DNA of 62,866 nucleotides, the filler included, from Basidiobolus meristosporus CBS 931.73 (lineage: Eukaryota; Fungi; Basidiobolomycota), in assembly GCA_002104905.1 (NCBI GenBank). It is 4 parts of 4 records of this genome, joined end to end, with 100 filler letters (N's around TTAATTAATTAA, not from the genome) between each part and the next. Parts side by side here need not be neighbours in the genome. Positions count along the whole stretch, not along the records: positions 36,200 to 51,914 come from MCFE01001140.1; positions 52,015 to 62,866 come from MCFE01001293.1; 2 more parts are not named here. One strand, 5' to 3'. The notes under the pieces are model-generated. The model made no database searches and was not told the DNA's origin. It worked only from the letters and a program-made list of their open reading frames with translations. This document shows positions 46,357 through 59,023 of the stretch, in pieces; the first letter of the stretch is position 1; each line of letters opens with the position of its first letter. The position numbers and the translations under genes are program-made.

Positions 46357-49300
46357 TTACATGCCAGCGCATCGCATTAATCTAGTCCTCGTAGTCCAAT
46401 AGTTCGTCGTCAGAGTTGGCATCCGCTTGCCCTGTTCAAGGTTAGAGTTGTTAGTTCGCTGGCGATGCCGTTCAGATGGTGTTTGGAGGAACATACCAAA
46501 CCAGCGGTTGTTGGACATTGCCATGAGTATCGCGTTCGCTTGGCCGGAGGAGAAGGATAGATTCGGAGAGTCATAGTCTACAGTGCTATATCCATGCAAC
46601 GGGTTAGTTCGAGATAGTACATCAGCCCGTATGAAATGATCAGACACATACTCGACGCCGGGGAATAACGGTAGGGCCTCTCCAAACGATGGTCGCTGTT
46701 CACGATGGCCGGGGCTGCTGGAGAATGATAATTGGTGTGATGTATAGGGGGATACCGGGGATATTGGGGAGCTACCACCAGAGCTAACTGGTGAGTAGTC
46801 CTCGGTGTCGGCCATAGCAACAACCTCGTCGATGATAATCCGGGGGATCTTGGACACACCCATCATGTTAAGTGGTCCATTCGTTTCCGCCTGGACGAAT
46901 TTGCGACGTTGTACAATGGTTCTCAATATCCCTCGAACTTTCTCAATCGCCCACACACTGAGGGCAGATTGGGTGACTTCTTTTCGTTCCAGCAGTTCAG
47001 CCACACCAAGATACTTTTCCACATCAACCAGTCGGTAGGAGAAGATCTTGAGCAGCGGAGAAAACGGGATACCTCGCCGCTCACGTATCATCATGGCCTC
47101 CTGGTAGAGTTGGTTGAATTGGTGGCGCCTCATTCTAGTTGTTTCGGTATTCAAGGTGCTCAGACGTTGGTTTAGCGCCCGAATGTTGTATTGAGGGAAT
47201 TGGTTGGGTCGTGCATTGTACGGCCGTAGGTTGAGTTCAGATTGATCCAGCATGCCCCGAAGCTGCTTGAGCGAATGTTCCGCATCATAGATCTTGACCT
47301 CGAACTTGCCGGTTAGCCTATTGAAGAACGCAACCAAGTTGGCCGGCGCTATATAGCCCGTAGCTTGAGGGTCAAACTCGGCCCATGCACGTTTCCAATG
47401 GACCAGGTCGTCCTTGGTAATGAGTGCAAGCGCGGAATTACTGTTGTAGATGTATGTGAAGCTGCCAACAACCACAACAATAAACATGTTCAAGAAGATA
47501 TATGTACATAAAACGTAGAAGGAGATGAAGAGGAAGATGGACCATACAACGCTGCCACAGTCAGATTCGAGGTATATCGCATCGCTGTGTATACAATTTG
47601 GTGGCTCTACCATCATATCGAACATGGTGATATGCCAATTCTCGCCAGTAGTCATTCGTATAGCCATTAGTATACTGTTGCCGAACGACCTAAAGTTGGA
47701 GTTAGGCGTAGTGTCCTCGCCAAACTTGGTCAATCCAAAGATCTCCTGAAAGAGAATCGAGTAGATGACAAGGACCAATCCATAAAGTCCAGTGATGGTG
47801 AGGATTGAAGGGAAGGAAGAGACCAACGCTTGGAGCAGGGTATTCAGGCTTTCGATCTTGTGGAACACCCGAATAGCAATCCCGACCAAGAATGCCTTTT
47901 GGATCTGAAGGAGAATGTTCGCATTGAACTCAAAGATTCTCAGGAGAACGGTGATAGCGAGTCCGGTTGTGACGACAGCATCGTAGATGTTCCACCGGCT
48001 TTTGTACCAGCTGCTGAATCCGCCGCCACACAGTTTCACTACGATTTCGAAGATGTAGATAATCGAGAAGACACCATTTGCTACGTTTCTTGCAGTGTCT
48101 ACCCAGCGAGGCTGGCCCCATGCTTCGGTCATGATCACGATCACATTGAGCACCATTGCTCCGGTGACAGCCTTCGAAAAACAGTTGCGCTTTTCGTGAA
48201 TGATATCAAAACACCATGCGGCAAACGAAGTGCGTGGACGGATCGGAAGTTTCGAGGGCCTAACAATTTTGAGCTGCAGCTGCAGGTCAACCCACTGACG
48301 CTGCTCCACAGTCAGCAGGGATATGCCGCTTCTGCTCTTGAAGATGTCGACAGCGATGCCGATGAACAGTTGGATGGCAAACACATATCCAAACAGCATA
48401 TACACGACAAAATAGATCCAGTTATACCAGCTCCTGTCGTAGGGAATATACTTGGGCTGCATCTCAAGTTCCACCGGAATGCTCATGCCATCGAACAGGA
48501 CCTCGACCCACCCCTCGCCTGAGGCCATGGTAAACAGAGTAAGAATAGCCGACCAAAAGTTATCGAAGCTGTGGGTATAGGGGTTGGCCCATACACGAGG
48601 TACCAGAATCCCATGAGCGCCATCTTCGTCAAAGCTATGCCAGTATTCCCCGGAGCAGTCAAAAAACCCACTAACGCTCTCGTCGTTGCATCGGTAGAAA
48701 TATCCCGAAAACAGGGTGACTCCGTATATAGCAAACGGGATTATGAACAGCAGAAATAGTATGGTCGCGTCAATTATCTTGGGTAGACCGCGAAGCATCG
48801 CGACCATGATATCTTTCATCCCTTTAAACATCCGTATGACTCGAAGAGGCCGAAGCGCCCTCGATGCACGGATCGCCCTGGAGAGCAATGAGAACTCGGC
48901 AACACGGCTTATAATCGACACATAGTACAAAACCAGAACAACAAAATCCAACCGATTCCAACCATCAAGCAGGTATGCATTTGGAGTGAACAAGAAACCG
49001 TCAGCCATTATTCGCAACAGGAATTCGAACGTGAAGATCGCGACAAATGTGTAATCCAGGTAATGGAAAACGTGGGTTCGGTCTTCAGGCGGAAGGTCGT
49101 AGTTGTACTTTCGACGGATGGGACTGTCGATGGCGGCGGTGATAACACTGCCGAAGATACAAATGAGAATAAACCAGTCAAAATAGGATCGCGTGCTTTC
49201 CTTTCGACTGCCGATGATCCTATGGCACAGTCGACGAAGGCGGCTCTCTGGAGGTAGAATGAATAGTGCTCGATTGTACATCGGGTGGTCCTCCTGAAAT

Positions 49301-51914
49301 TCAGATTCCCCGTCAGATTCACTCACCAGTTCTGAATATCCCGTGTCGGGAGAGAACAGGCCTCTGTGTCGAGAGCTAGATGTATTAGAACTTGTCGTCA
49401 GTGCACCCGTCTCGTAAAAGCCAAAACTCCATGCTACTTACCGGACATTGCTATGCTTGACCTGCATGGGATCCTGAGTAAGGGTAGTGTACTGCTGCTC
49501 TATCATCTGCGCTCTGGTAAGAGTTGGGTCAAAGTTGCTGTTTTCAGGTGACTCGTGTGCGGGGGGCTGGTACGAGCTCATTTCGATGGTGTCGGAGGTT
49601 GCCTTAGATTTCCTGCAAAACGAGAGAAATCTAGACCAAATAGACCGCCTGACGCTGCTTTTTGCGGAGTTCTTTCTTTCCAGTTGGCCCGCTTGCGAGT
49701 CGATCAGAAACTGCTTGAAGTAATTCTTGCGAATACGAAGCACCAGGTTCGAAGGAAGATCCTGCACTCTGACCATTTCAGGGCTTGGTTTCAGGTATCT
49801 GTAAGGATTCAGTTTCCTCCAAAAAAATGGCATCTGGAACAGGCTAGATCTCCCTTCACTTTGATGAATGTAGTTTTGAACCTGTTGGAGGCGTTTCTCT
49901 TCCTCCTCCATCTCGAAATTCTCCAGAAATACGGCAACAAACAAATTGATGATGATAAAATGTGAGTAGAAGTAAAAGATCACGCAGAAGATTGCCCCGA
50001 TAAACACCATGAAGCCCTGCTGCGACCGCATCGTATTCCACAATATGGTGGTCCAGTTCTCACCGGTCAAGATTTGAAAGAGAGCAACAAACCCTTCTCC
50101 TATGGTGTCGAAACTTAAGTAGGGATCGTCTTCTTCATCTGGAAAGTTGAATGTTCCAGAGAACAATTGCTCGGCAATAGATGCGGAAAACAATGTAAAC
50201 AGCGAGGTGTAGAGCAGCAAGTTCCATATCCCCATCACGCTTCCAAACACTTTACGCACTAGTTGGTTTACCCGCGGTATACAAAGTACAACGCGATACG
50301 ACCGCATCACCTGAAAAACCGTCAAGTAGCGATAGATGTTGGTAGACCGTATGTATGGGATCATCACAACACAGGTTGCGATTGCCAGGAAAAGATCGAC
50401 CCGGTTGTTTAGTTGCCGCCAGAACTGCCGAAAACTAGTGGCGGCTAATAGTCTGAGGACGATCTCCGCCGCAAATAAGATGGTGAAAATAAGCTCGATA
50501 TGGTCCAAAGCAATGATTTGATCGGGAGAAGAGTTTTCGTTTCTCAGTGACATCGCAATCAGATCGATGGTCACCGCCAATGCGCCACAATAGGGAAATA
50601 CTGGATTGTAGGCGATCCGATGCATAAATCCCCAGAGTGCGTTTCTATGGGAAGGATGCTGCCTATCGTCCTCAAATGTCCAGCCGTCGGCTGTGTCCTT
50701 CAGGATCTTCGATGGCTTGTCCAACGTGAAAGCACTCCGGTTTTTGCTGTTTGCTCGGATCTTGGCGAAGGTATCGACAATTGAGGCTAAAGCGGGAGGA
50801 TTTGTTAGTCAGTAACGCACACAACACATGCCGGGATCCAAACATTACCTATGAACAGCTGTATGATGAAGAAAGTAATGATAAAGATCAGAGTGCAGAA
50901 GTATATTGCTGTAATCACTCCGTACTCAGCATCCATCGCATAGTACATGATGTCTGTCCAGCCCTCCGTGGCGATTACCACAAATACGTTCAGTGTGGAA
51001 TAAAAGATGTTATCGAAATTGACAAGACCATGCTCCGGATTCTCCACATTCATACAGACTTGCCCATCAGGGCAAATATAGCCTTTGGAGCGGCCACTGG
51101 GGCCATTAGTAACCGCCATAATGTCCGTTCCATTGTACCAACCACCACAAGTGCGTTCAGGAAGCGCAGGAAGTTCTACACATATATAGGCTTAGTGACA
51201 TGAATTACATAACACTGATGCGGACGCTGAATAGCTTACGAGTTCCATCTTGACTTACGGCGATGCACCTGCGTGAGAGAGAGCCTTTGAACGCATGAAC
51301 TCCGATGATCCCGAATAGAACAAAGAAGTAACAAATGAACATCGCCACTGTAACCAAGATGGGAAAACTCAGCTTCAGGGAGTTTTGAATGACAGATAAT
51401 CCGCCGGTCAACATTAGAAGGCGTATAGGTCTCAATGCGCAAAGGCCTTTGAAAAGCGTGAATGTCCCATCTCCAGATAAAATCAGCGTGAAGTCAATCC
51501 AATAACTAATTACGACGATAAAATCAAGGCGATTGTAGCTATGCCGCAGATATGCTCTTGGTATCGAGGATTGTGGGAGAGCAGCTTTACCTATTGGAAA
51601 GAATTTTTTCTCTTCCTCGGCGGTTTTTAAGCTGCGATCGCCTTTTTCAGGAAGAATTGACACTGAGGAAGAAACACTGCTGAAGTCTTTCTGAGGGGGC
51701 TTGGGGTCGATAATCAAGCCATACACAATAATTCGCACCGCCGCCTCGAGTCTGGAGAAATACAGAAATAGTTAGACTCAAATGGCCTACGTTGGGCAAT
51801 GCTGTATGGCGCTTACGTGAAAAGGCTGTAGATGACCAGTTGTGCATAGTCCTCCCAATTGTCACCAAATAAAAATCGATTGCTTTCTTTCCGTGAACTC
51901 CAGGCTAGAACAAT
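46357..51914 (-). CDS. CCH1: Four-domain Cch1/NALCN-type calcium channel alpha subunit, multi-exon, 5' end cut by the contig end
   Basis: Four 6-TM repeats with pore loops IATEGW, LTGENW, ASGEGW and TTGENW; S4 RAIRASRALRPLRVIR; C-terminal WAEFDPQATGYI. GT-AG introns join the ORF pieces. The exact stop is uncertain. Confidence 0.93.
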
Positions 51915-52014
51915 NNNNNNNNNNNNNNNNNNNNNNNNNNNNNNNNNNNNNNNNNNNNTTAATTAATTAANNNNNNNNNNNNNNNNNNNNNNNNNNNNNN
52001 NNNNNNNNNNNNNN
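51915..52014. other. Artificial contig linker
   Basis: N44-TTAATTAATTAA-N44. Confidence 0.97.
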
Positions 52015-52048
52015 CCAGAGTGATAGCTCTGACAAAGAAGGTTCACTG

Positions 52049-52354
52049 ATGGATTTTGAGCCTATCTCCTCTAACAACAGTACCACATATGAGCCTGGTC
52101 AAATCCCTATATGCAATGAGACAACACCTGCTGAAACAAATGCCAATGATACTTTATGGAGCCTGGTGTGCCCAGTAATCCACCTATTGGAGAATGATGT
52201 AATGTTGTGCCTAGAGAAGTGGCACATATCCACTGATATCAGTAATGGGGGCTTTGAGGATTTATTACTACTTCTTGCCAAAATCATACCAGGATGCAAC
52301 TTTCCATGTATGTGGTACAAGTGGACAACCATCATAAGCACTCAGTCAAAATAG
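52049..52354 (+). pseudogene. N-terminal remnant of the CACTA-like transposase family
   Basis: Paralogous to the reverse complement of 5440-5510, which lies in the 3447-5541 remnant. LEKWHISTDISNGGFEDLLLLLAKIIP resembles a tnp2-associated N-terminal region. Confidence 0.45.
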
Positions 52355-53609
52355 CAGTGAAGGACCTGGCAGTGATAAAAACCAGTAGCTTTTGCAGGAG
52401 CCCATCACAACTACAGTTGAGAGCTCAAAACAAGCAGAAAAGAAACATCCGGTTGCCAGAAGAGTGCCAGCAAGGGACAAGCAGGCCAAAACAGATGTGC
52501 CAGAGCAGAATTTATCAAGGAGAAAAAGTAGTTCATTACAAGAAGCACTTAGACAAAGAAGCAGCAAAAGAACCAGCAGTGATAAAGGAAAAGGTAAAGG
52601 GAAAAGTATCTACCCAAGTCTGAGACTGGGAAGCATGGAGAAAAACTGAAGTACTTTACAATTAGCACCACAAGCCCGAAACAGACTGAATCCCATCATA
52701 CCCAAGAAGAATTACTAACAAGAAACAGCTGTTTTCATAAGAGTTGGAAGCATAGCCTGCTGAGCTAAACTCTGACAAGATAGATGAGTTTGCAGAAAAA
52801 GGCAATTTGTCTACCAAAGACTCCATGTCCTTCATTGTTGACAGAGTGGAGATTCCACTGAGAGACAAGGCTACAATGTCAAGAACCCAAACAACTATCA
52901 CAATGCCTTCAGTGTAATTTTGGAACATTAATAGGCATACCAAGAGGTTGCAGCACTTCTATAAGGGCAGTGCTCAGGAAGACGCACTTGAATGTTGCAA
53001 GGACCTATTGCAAAGACTGTCAGATGAGATACTAGACCTTTCAGTGCCAGCTGAAGACCAGGATGTGTGCAAACCAGTAAGTGAACAGTGGCATAAAGCC
53101 ATTGAGTTCCTGCCAAAGTCATGGAACCAGTGCATTACAGCAGAAATACGTATTGAGTGGTGGATTTTAATGGAGTTACTTGTTGAGTGTGGGTTTGGGC
53201 CTAATGTGAGTGTAGTGTATAGGGACTTATTTAGGTCAATACAATTGGGAACTGAAGTACAACTGAAGTTTCAACAGAAATAAATCAATTTTGATGCATG
53301 AAAAGTAAGAGAAACAGTTGAGTCAGGAAGTAGGGAGTGTGAAAAAGAGGTAATAGCCAAGCAATGCACACAAACATAGGAGATCATAGTGTGTCCAGGA
53401 TTAGAGAGTGAGCAAATTGGCAGGGAGTTAATCCAAAGCCACTTAAACATTGTTGTGATGAAACATTTTGACTAAGTTTTTTGTGAAATCTGGAGTGCAC
53501 TTATATTTCTGGAGTCTCTGGATGATATCATGAAGGGATTAGTACCTCTCAGTCACAGGACTTTAAATTAGTGACAGCCTTTTGACAGGATCATTACAAT
53601 AACTTTTCA

Positions 53610-56600
53610 TAGGGTGTGTGCTTAGTTCTAGCATGAAAATATGGATTTCTACCTAATTGTTTACATCATTGACTATCTTGAAATGAAGTTTAGGTTTTTT
53701 TAACATTGGCATAAATCTTTCTAAAGCTTTCTTAACCACATTGCTTCTTTTGCAGCTTCACAGGGTGCCATATACTCTGCCTCTGTGGTGCAAAGTGCTA
53801 AATTGGTTGCCTCCCTGAATTCCATGAACTGGCTCCTTGACAGTAAACAAAGGTGCATCCTGTGGTAGAACTTTGGTCTTCTAAATTTTGTCCTCAATCA
53901 GCATCAGAGTACCCCATAAGATCCTGTGGTGAATCTTAAAAGTGTCTCTTGAGCAGATATCAGCAGCTCCTTTTAGATATCTAAAAATCTACTTAACTGC
54001 TGCAATATATTCAGATCCATAGTTCTGATTATGCTGGCTGTCAACTTCCACTAAATCTGAGGTATCTGACCATGTTCCAAGCATGATATACATCTTACTG
54101 CTAGCCATAGATTGATGAGGAAAGTCAATGCTTTCAGATGGCACCAAGTGTCATGATCACATGACATCCCTGGTCTCCAATTATCTAGCCAACTCAAGTC
54201 AGTGAAGAAATCCCAGTTTCTTGCTGAAAGCTCTACTATATTCTAGCAACTTCTTGAAAACTCCAAGTCAATGTTACATAATGGAACATTCTATGGAAGC
54301 TTCCTGTTAGAATTTATGGAGTCCCATGCCATATATGGTAACTACATGTCACATGACCTAGTCACATGATGAGCTGACCCCTGACATATCTCCATGTGAT
54401 ATTCCGGTCTGTTCTTCAGTATATTCTATCTTGGCACACTTACTGTGCCTCACCCCAGAACCCCATCAGTATTAGCCAATATCTCTCAGCATCCATATTG
54501 CCAAAAAGTATATATAGTCCTATCCCCCCTTATGTACTCCTCAGTCTGATCAACACAGGTTGTGAACAAACAGCCTTGCCTTGGAAATCTTCCTTGCCTT
54601 GTTGATCCACACCTAAGTTCTTTCCTGGTCCTGCCTTGCTTAGCCCTACTCTCCTGCCTTGTGTTTATTCATAACACCAAGCTTGCTTGATTTGGTTGAG
54701 TTTTGACTAAGCTAAGGTTTGTCTCCATTGGGGTAGCTGCAGGTTCACAGTCTTCCATTTTGTACTTCTTTAGTATATCTTGAATATACTTGGATTGGTT
54801 TAGGGTAATAGTCTGAGTGCTTCTGGCTATGGAGAATTTAATCCCTATGTAGTAACTAAGTTCTCCTAGATTGGACATCTTGAACTCTCTAGATAGTCTG
54901 GATTTAGTTTCTTCCAATGTTTCTAGGTTATTGGTGGCTGTCATAAGCTCATCCACATATAGAGCTAATAGAACTGGGCTTGCTCTATTGAGTTTATAGT
55001 ATATACTATAGGCAGCATGGCTCCTTTGAAACTCAAAGATTCCAAATAAGAATCTATCTTGCAATTCCAGGCCCTTGGTGATTGTTTGAGTTCATATAGA
55101 GATTTCTTAAGCTTGCCAACCAAATGGGGGTCATCATGGTCAGAAAAGCCATCAGGCTGGTCCATGTACATGTCCCCATCTAGTTCTCCATTCACAAATG
55201 CAGCTTATACATACATTTGATGTATACTAAACTTTTATTTGGTTGCAAAAGCCAATATTAATCTGATGGAGTTAAACTTGGCTACCAGTGCAGTGGTCTT
55301 GATATAGTCAAGTCCTTTTAGCTGATAGTATCCTTTGGCTACAGATATTGCTTTGTATCTTTTAATTATTCCATCAGCCTTGCACTTTGTCTTAAAGACC
55401 CACCTGCATCCAACTGATTTATTGATGACTGATAGCTTGTCTAGGTCCCATGTTTGATTTTGCATCAGGGCCTGATACTCCTCAGTTGAACAGTTGTATG
55501 GCTTGTTTCCCATATATGCAGGCCTCACAGTGGTCCAAATTAGCTGGGGGATCAGTTTTTAACCTGGAAATTAGTTGATCTTAGCTCCTTTTGCACAAAT
55601 AATCAAAATTTATATTTCCAAATCTCCTTTGTCAAACCAATCATGTTTCTTCATTTAAGTTACTTATATTGACTTCCACATATGATGCAATATAAGTCAT
55701 CTTGTACAAACTCTGATCTCTGATACCCAGAGCAATATATGCACTATTTTGATTAGTGATCCTGCATCCAGAATTGTCAAAGCTGGAACTGGGTCCTTCA
55801 GCTGTGGCCTTGCATACAGATAGTAGGATCTTGGCTATCTCTGGTACAACAAGTACTTCTTTGAAGATAAGAGTATGGCTTCCTTGACTGCTTCTGAGGA
55901 TTACCTGGATAGTTCCCTCTCCTACTGCATCAGGTGTTTTATCATCACCCATGAAAACTTTCTTGATTGGAGTTTCTCATTATTGAGTAAAAGGTTCTTT
56001 GGTGTTTGAAGTGTTGAGATACTCCAGAGTTATTATAACATGTCTGAGAATCCTGTTTGCAGTCACATCTTGTGCAGAACTGAGTAGTCTATCTTCAGTT
56101 GTTGCCACATTGCCATATTTACGCTTTCTCTGCTAACCATCTCTCTTTTTGAAGTACTGGTCACTGTGTGTCCTTCCCCTCTTAAAGTAGCTGCAAAATG
56201 GACTGAGATTGCCATTAAAAGGTCTTGGGTATCTTCTCTGCTGGTTTTCATTGCCTTTTTAAAGCATTTTCTTTGTGCTTCTTGTTAGTGCTTCATTTTC
56301 TGAATTCTTGATCCAGGAGCCTTCTACAAACATAGTTTCAGGTCAAATTGTTAGTTCTGCAGTCAAGGGCTGATATAAGGCCCTAAAGCCTGTATGTCAG
56401 ACTAAACAGAATGGCAACTATTGCATCCTTATCAGTATTTGGTATGCCCACAGACTCCATCTCATCTACTACCAGGTTAATACTGTAAGTTAGATTTTCA
56501 TTCCTGCTCCTGGCAGCATCTTTGTAGTAGAGAATTATTGGCTAAGATACATTTTCTTAGCAGCTAAACATGACTGGTAAGTGTCTTAAGTATTTATGAT

Positions 56601-57244
56601 ATTCTTTGCCATTTTTGCTCTTGGGCATTGAATTAGCAATTTGTCTTTGACTTTAAGGCAAATGCTGTTACAGGCACTCTATTCTCTCTTCTGGTACTTT
56701 GTGGATTCCTCTCCCATGTCTTCAGGATGGCATTCTTCTCCCATGACAATATCTCAAAGGCCTCTTTCTTGTTGCAGCATCTTCATCTTTACCTTCCACA
56801 CTTGGTGTTAAATCCATTTAACTTTTCAACAGAGGGGAGAATTCCTGTAACAGTAGTAGTAGACATTGCAGAAAGTGACAGCTTGGGGCTCATATCCAGT
56901 TAAGAGTCTTGGAGAAATTGGAAGTGATTGGGAGGATAAGTAGATTATGTGGCTTATACTTAATGATTTATTGAATGTAAAAGTAGTATTTATAACTTTA
57001 CATGGTCTTGGCGTAGCAAACACAAGCAAGAGATTTAGGAAGATCCCAAGAATATGTGTGCAAAGTTTGGGGCTGTTTGAGCAACTTTGAGAATTTTCAA
57101 GTTTTGTGCACCTGATGTTTTGGTAAAGATATTCCTAGTAAATCCCAACAAGAAACTTGGTCAGTGTTCTCTAGGATTTGATTGCAATGATCTAAGTGAC
57201 AAATTTAGGTGAATGTTTACATGGAGCTCAAAACTCTTGAAACA
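53610..57244 (-). mobile_element. Old degenerate Ty1/copia copy 3 (integrase core deleted, 3' end missing)
   Basis: 5' LTR ~56898-57244, PBS variant GGATATGAGCCC, and gag/protease/RT fragments. The integrase-to-RT region is fused near 55488. Confidence 0.85.
54149..54676. repeat. Solo LTR of a further family (528 bp) inside copia copy 3
   Basis: TGTCATGAT...TTCATAACA termini with 5-bp TSD CCAAG. Confidence 0.85.
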
Positions 57245-57321
57245 TGATCCAGATTAACTATGAAAATCCCACAATGAGACCATCATAATCCAATCTGCAT
57301 AGAATTTCTGACCCTACTTAC

Positions 57322-59023
57322 TGTTGTGAAAATTTGCAGTTCCACCTAAATATTTTCCAAGCTTAGTCACCAAGAGCATTACCTACAAACCTTAGAGAGT
57401 ACTGACCAGATTCCTGGTCAGGATTTACCTGAAATATTTTGACAAAGATGTCAGATATCCATAACATAAAAATTTTCAAAGTTCTCCAAAGAGCCTCCAG
57501 CTTTGCACACATGCTATTACAACCTTCTTAAGCCTATTTGCATGTGTGCTATGCCAAGATCATGTGAAAGTAGATATAGTATCTTTACATAAAATAAATG
57601 ATTAAGTGAAAACTGCATACTATACCTGTCCTTCCAATCACTTCCAATACCTCCAAGACTCTGACAACAGGTTATGAGCCCCAAACAGTCACTCTTGACT
57701 TTGTCTATTACTACTATTACTGAAACTTTTCATCTGCTAAAAAGCTGGATGGGTCTGACTGCCAAGCGTTAGATACAAAGATGGAGATACTGCTACAGGA
57801 AAGAATATTGCCATTTGTGAAGAATATCCTCCTGAAAATGTAGAAGAGGAAGCCACATCAAGTTTTTGTCATATAAGGCAATTGGATATACTGGCCAGTT
57901 CAATCCACTCAAATAGTTTTAAAGCGCACTGTGACCACAACAATGCCATGCTACCCTTGGCAAAACACCATACAAACACCACTATATTTTATCAACTTTA
58001 TTTGGTTGTTAAATTAGCAAAATGCTGTTGTAATCCTGTCACAAGATTGTGTAGATTGACATTAATTCCAAGCTGCTGGTATTATTGGGGTCTCCTGATG
58101 GGATCTTGATGCCTGAGCCAGATTGGGTCCACCTGCAGGACCAATTTATTTTTCATAGGGATCCAAAAAACATGCTCTGGCAATGATGGAGAATATATGT
58201 CAAAACTGTTCATCCACCTCTACAAAATCATGGGATCAAGCAAGAGACTTCTGCACTATACTCCCCACAGCAAAATGGAGTAGCAGATCATGCAAACTGA
58301 TCAATAATTGATATGGCAAGATCTATGATCCATGATCAAAAATTATCCTATGATTTTTGGGTGGAATCAGTTGCAACAGCTGTATGCCTTAGAAATAGGG
58401 GTTAAAGCAGAATACTTTGTGATTCTACTCAATTTGCAGCATGCTATGGACACAGACAAAGTGTAGAACATCTAGGATATTTGGGTGTGCAGCATTTGCC
58501 AAGAAATGCTGGGAAATAAGTCAAAATATGAGCCAAAGAAATAGCCCAAACTATTATATCAATGAGGGTACAAACTTAGCCTATGCCTATTCAGTCCAGG
58601 CTGATGAGCTCCAGACTGTAAAAGAGACCCTGAATAGCCCTCAGACAAAGTTTTGGAGATCTGCAGTGCCTGAGAAATATCAAGTTATGATGCAAAATCA
58701 AACATGGGGCTTGGCCATATTACCTATCAATCTAAAATCAATTGGATGCAGATGGGGTGTCAAGACAAAGTGCAACGCTAATGGTGTAATTGAAAGATAC
58801 AAAGCAAGACTTGTGGCCAAAGGATACTCTCAAATAAAAGGACTTGACTATACTCAGACCTTTGCACCCATAGCCAAGTTTAATTTCATTAGATTAATAT
58901 TGGCTATTGCAGCCAAATTCAAGTTTTTTATACATCAAGTGGATGTAAAAACTGCATTTTGAATGGAGAACTTGATGAGGACATGTATATGGACCAGCCG
59001 GAAGGCATCTTTAACCAAGATAA
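57322..59023 (+). mobile_element. Degenerate plus-strand Ty1/copia remnant
   Basis: LTR 57322-57669, PBS GGTTATGAGCCC at 57670, deleted internal region, and RT N-terminal ORF 58441-58962. Cut by the LTR at 59024. Confidence 0.8.

Noticed and set aside
47830-48522. 230-aa plus-strand ORF and other short frames inside CCH1 and the thioesterase
   Set aside because: Antisense shadows of well-supported genes.
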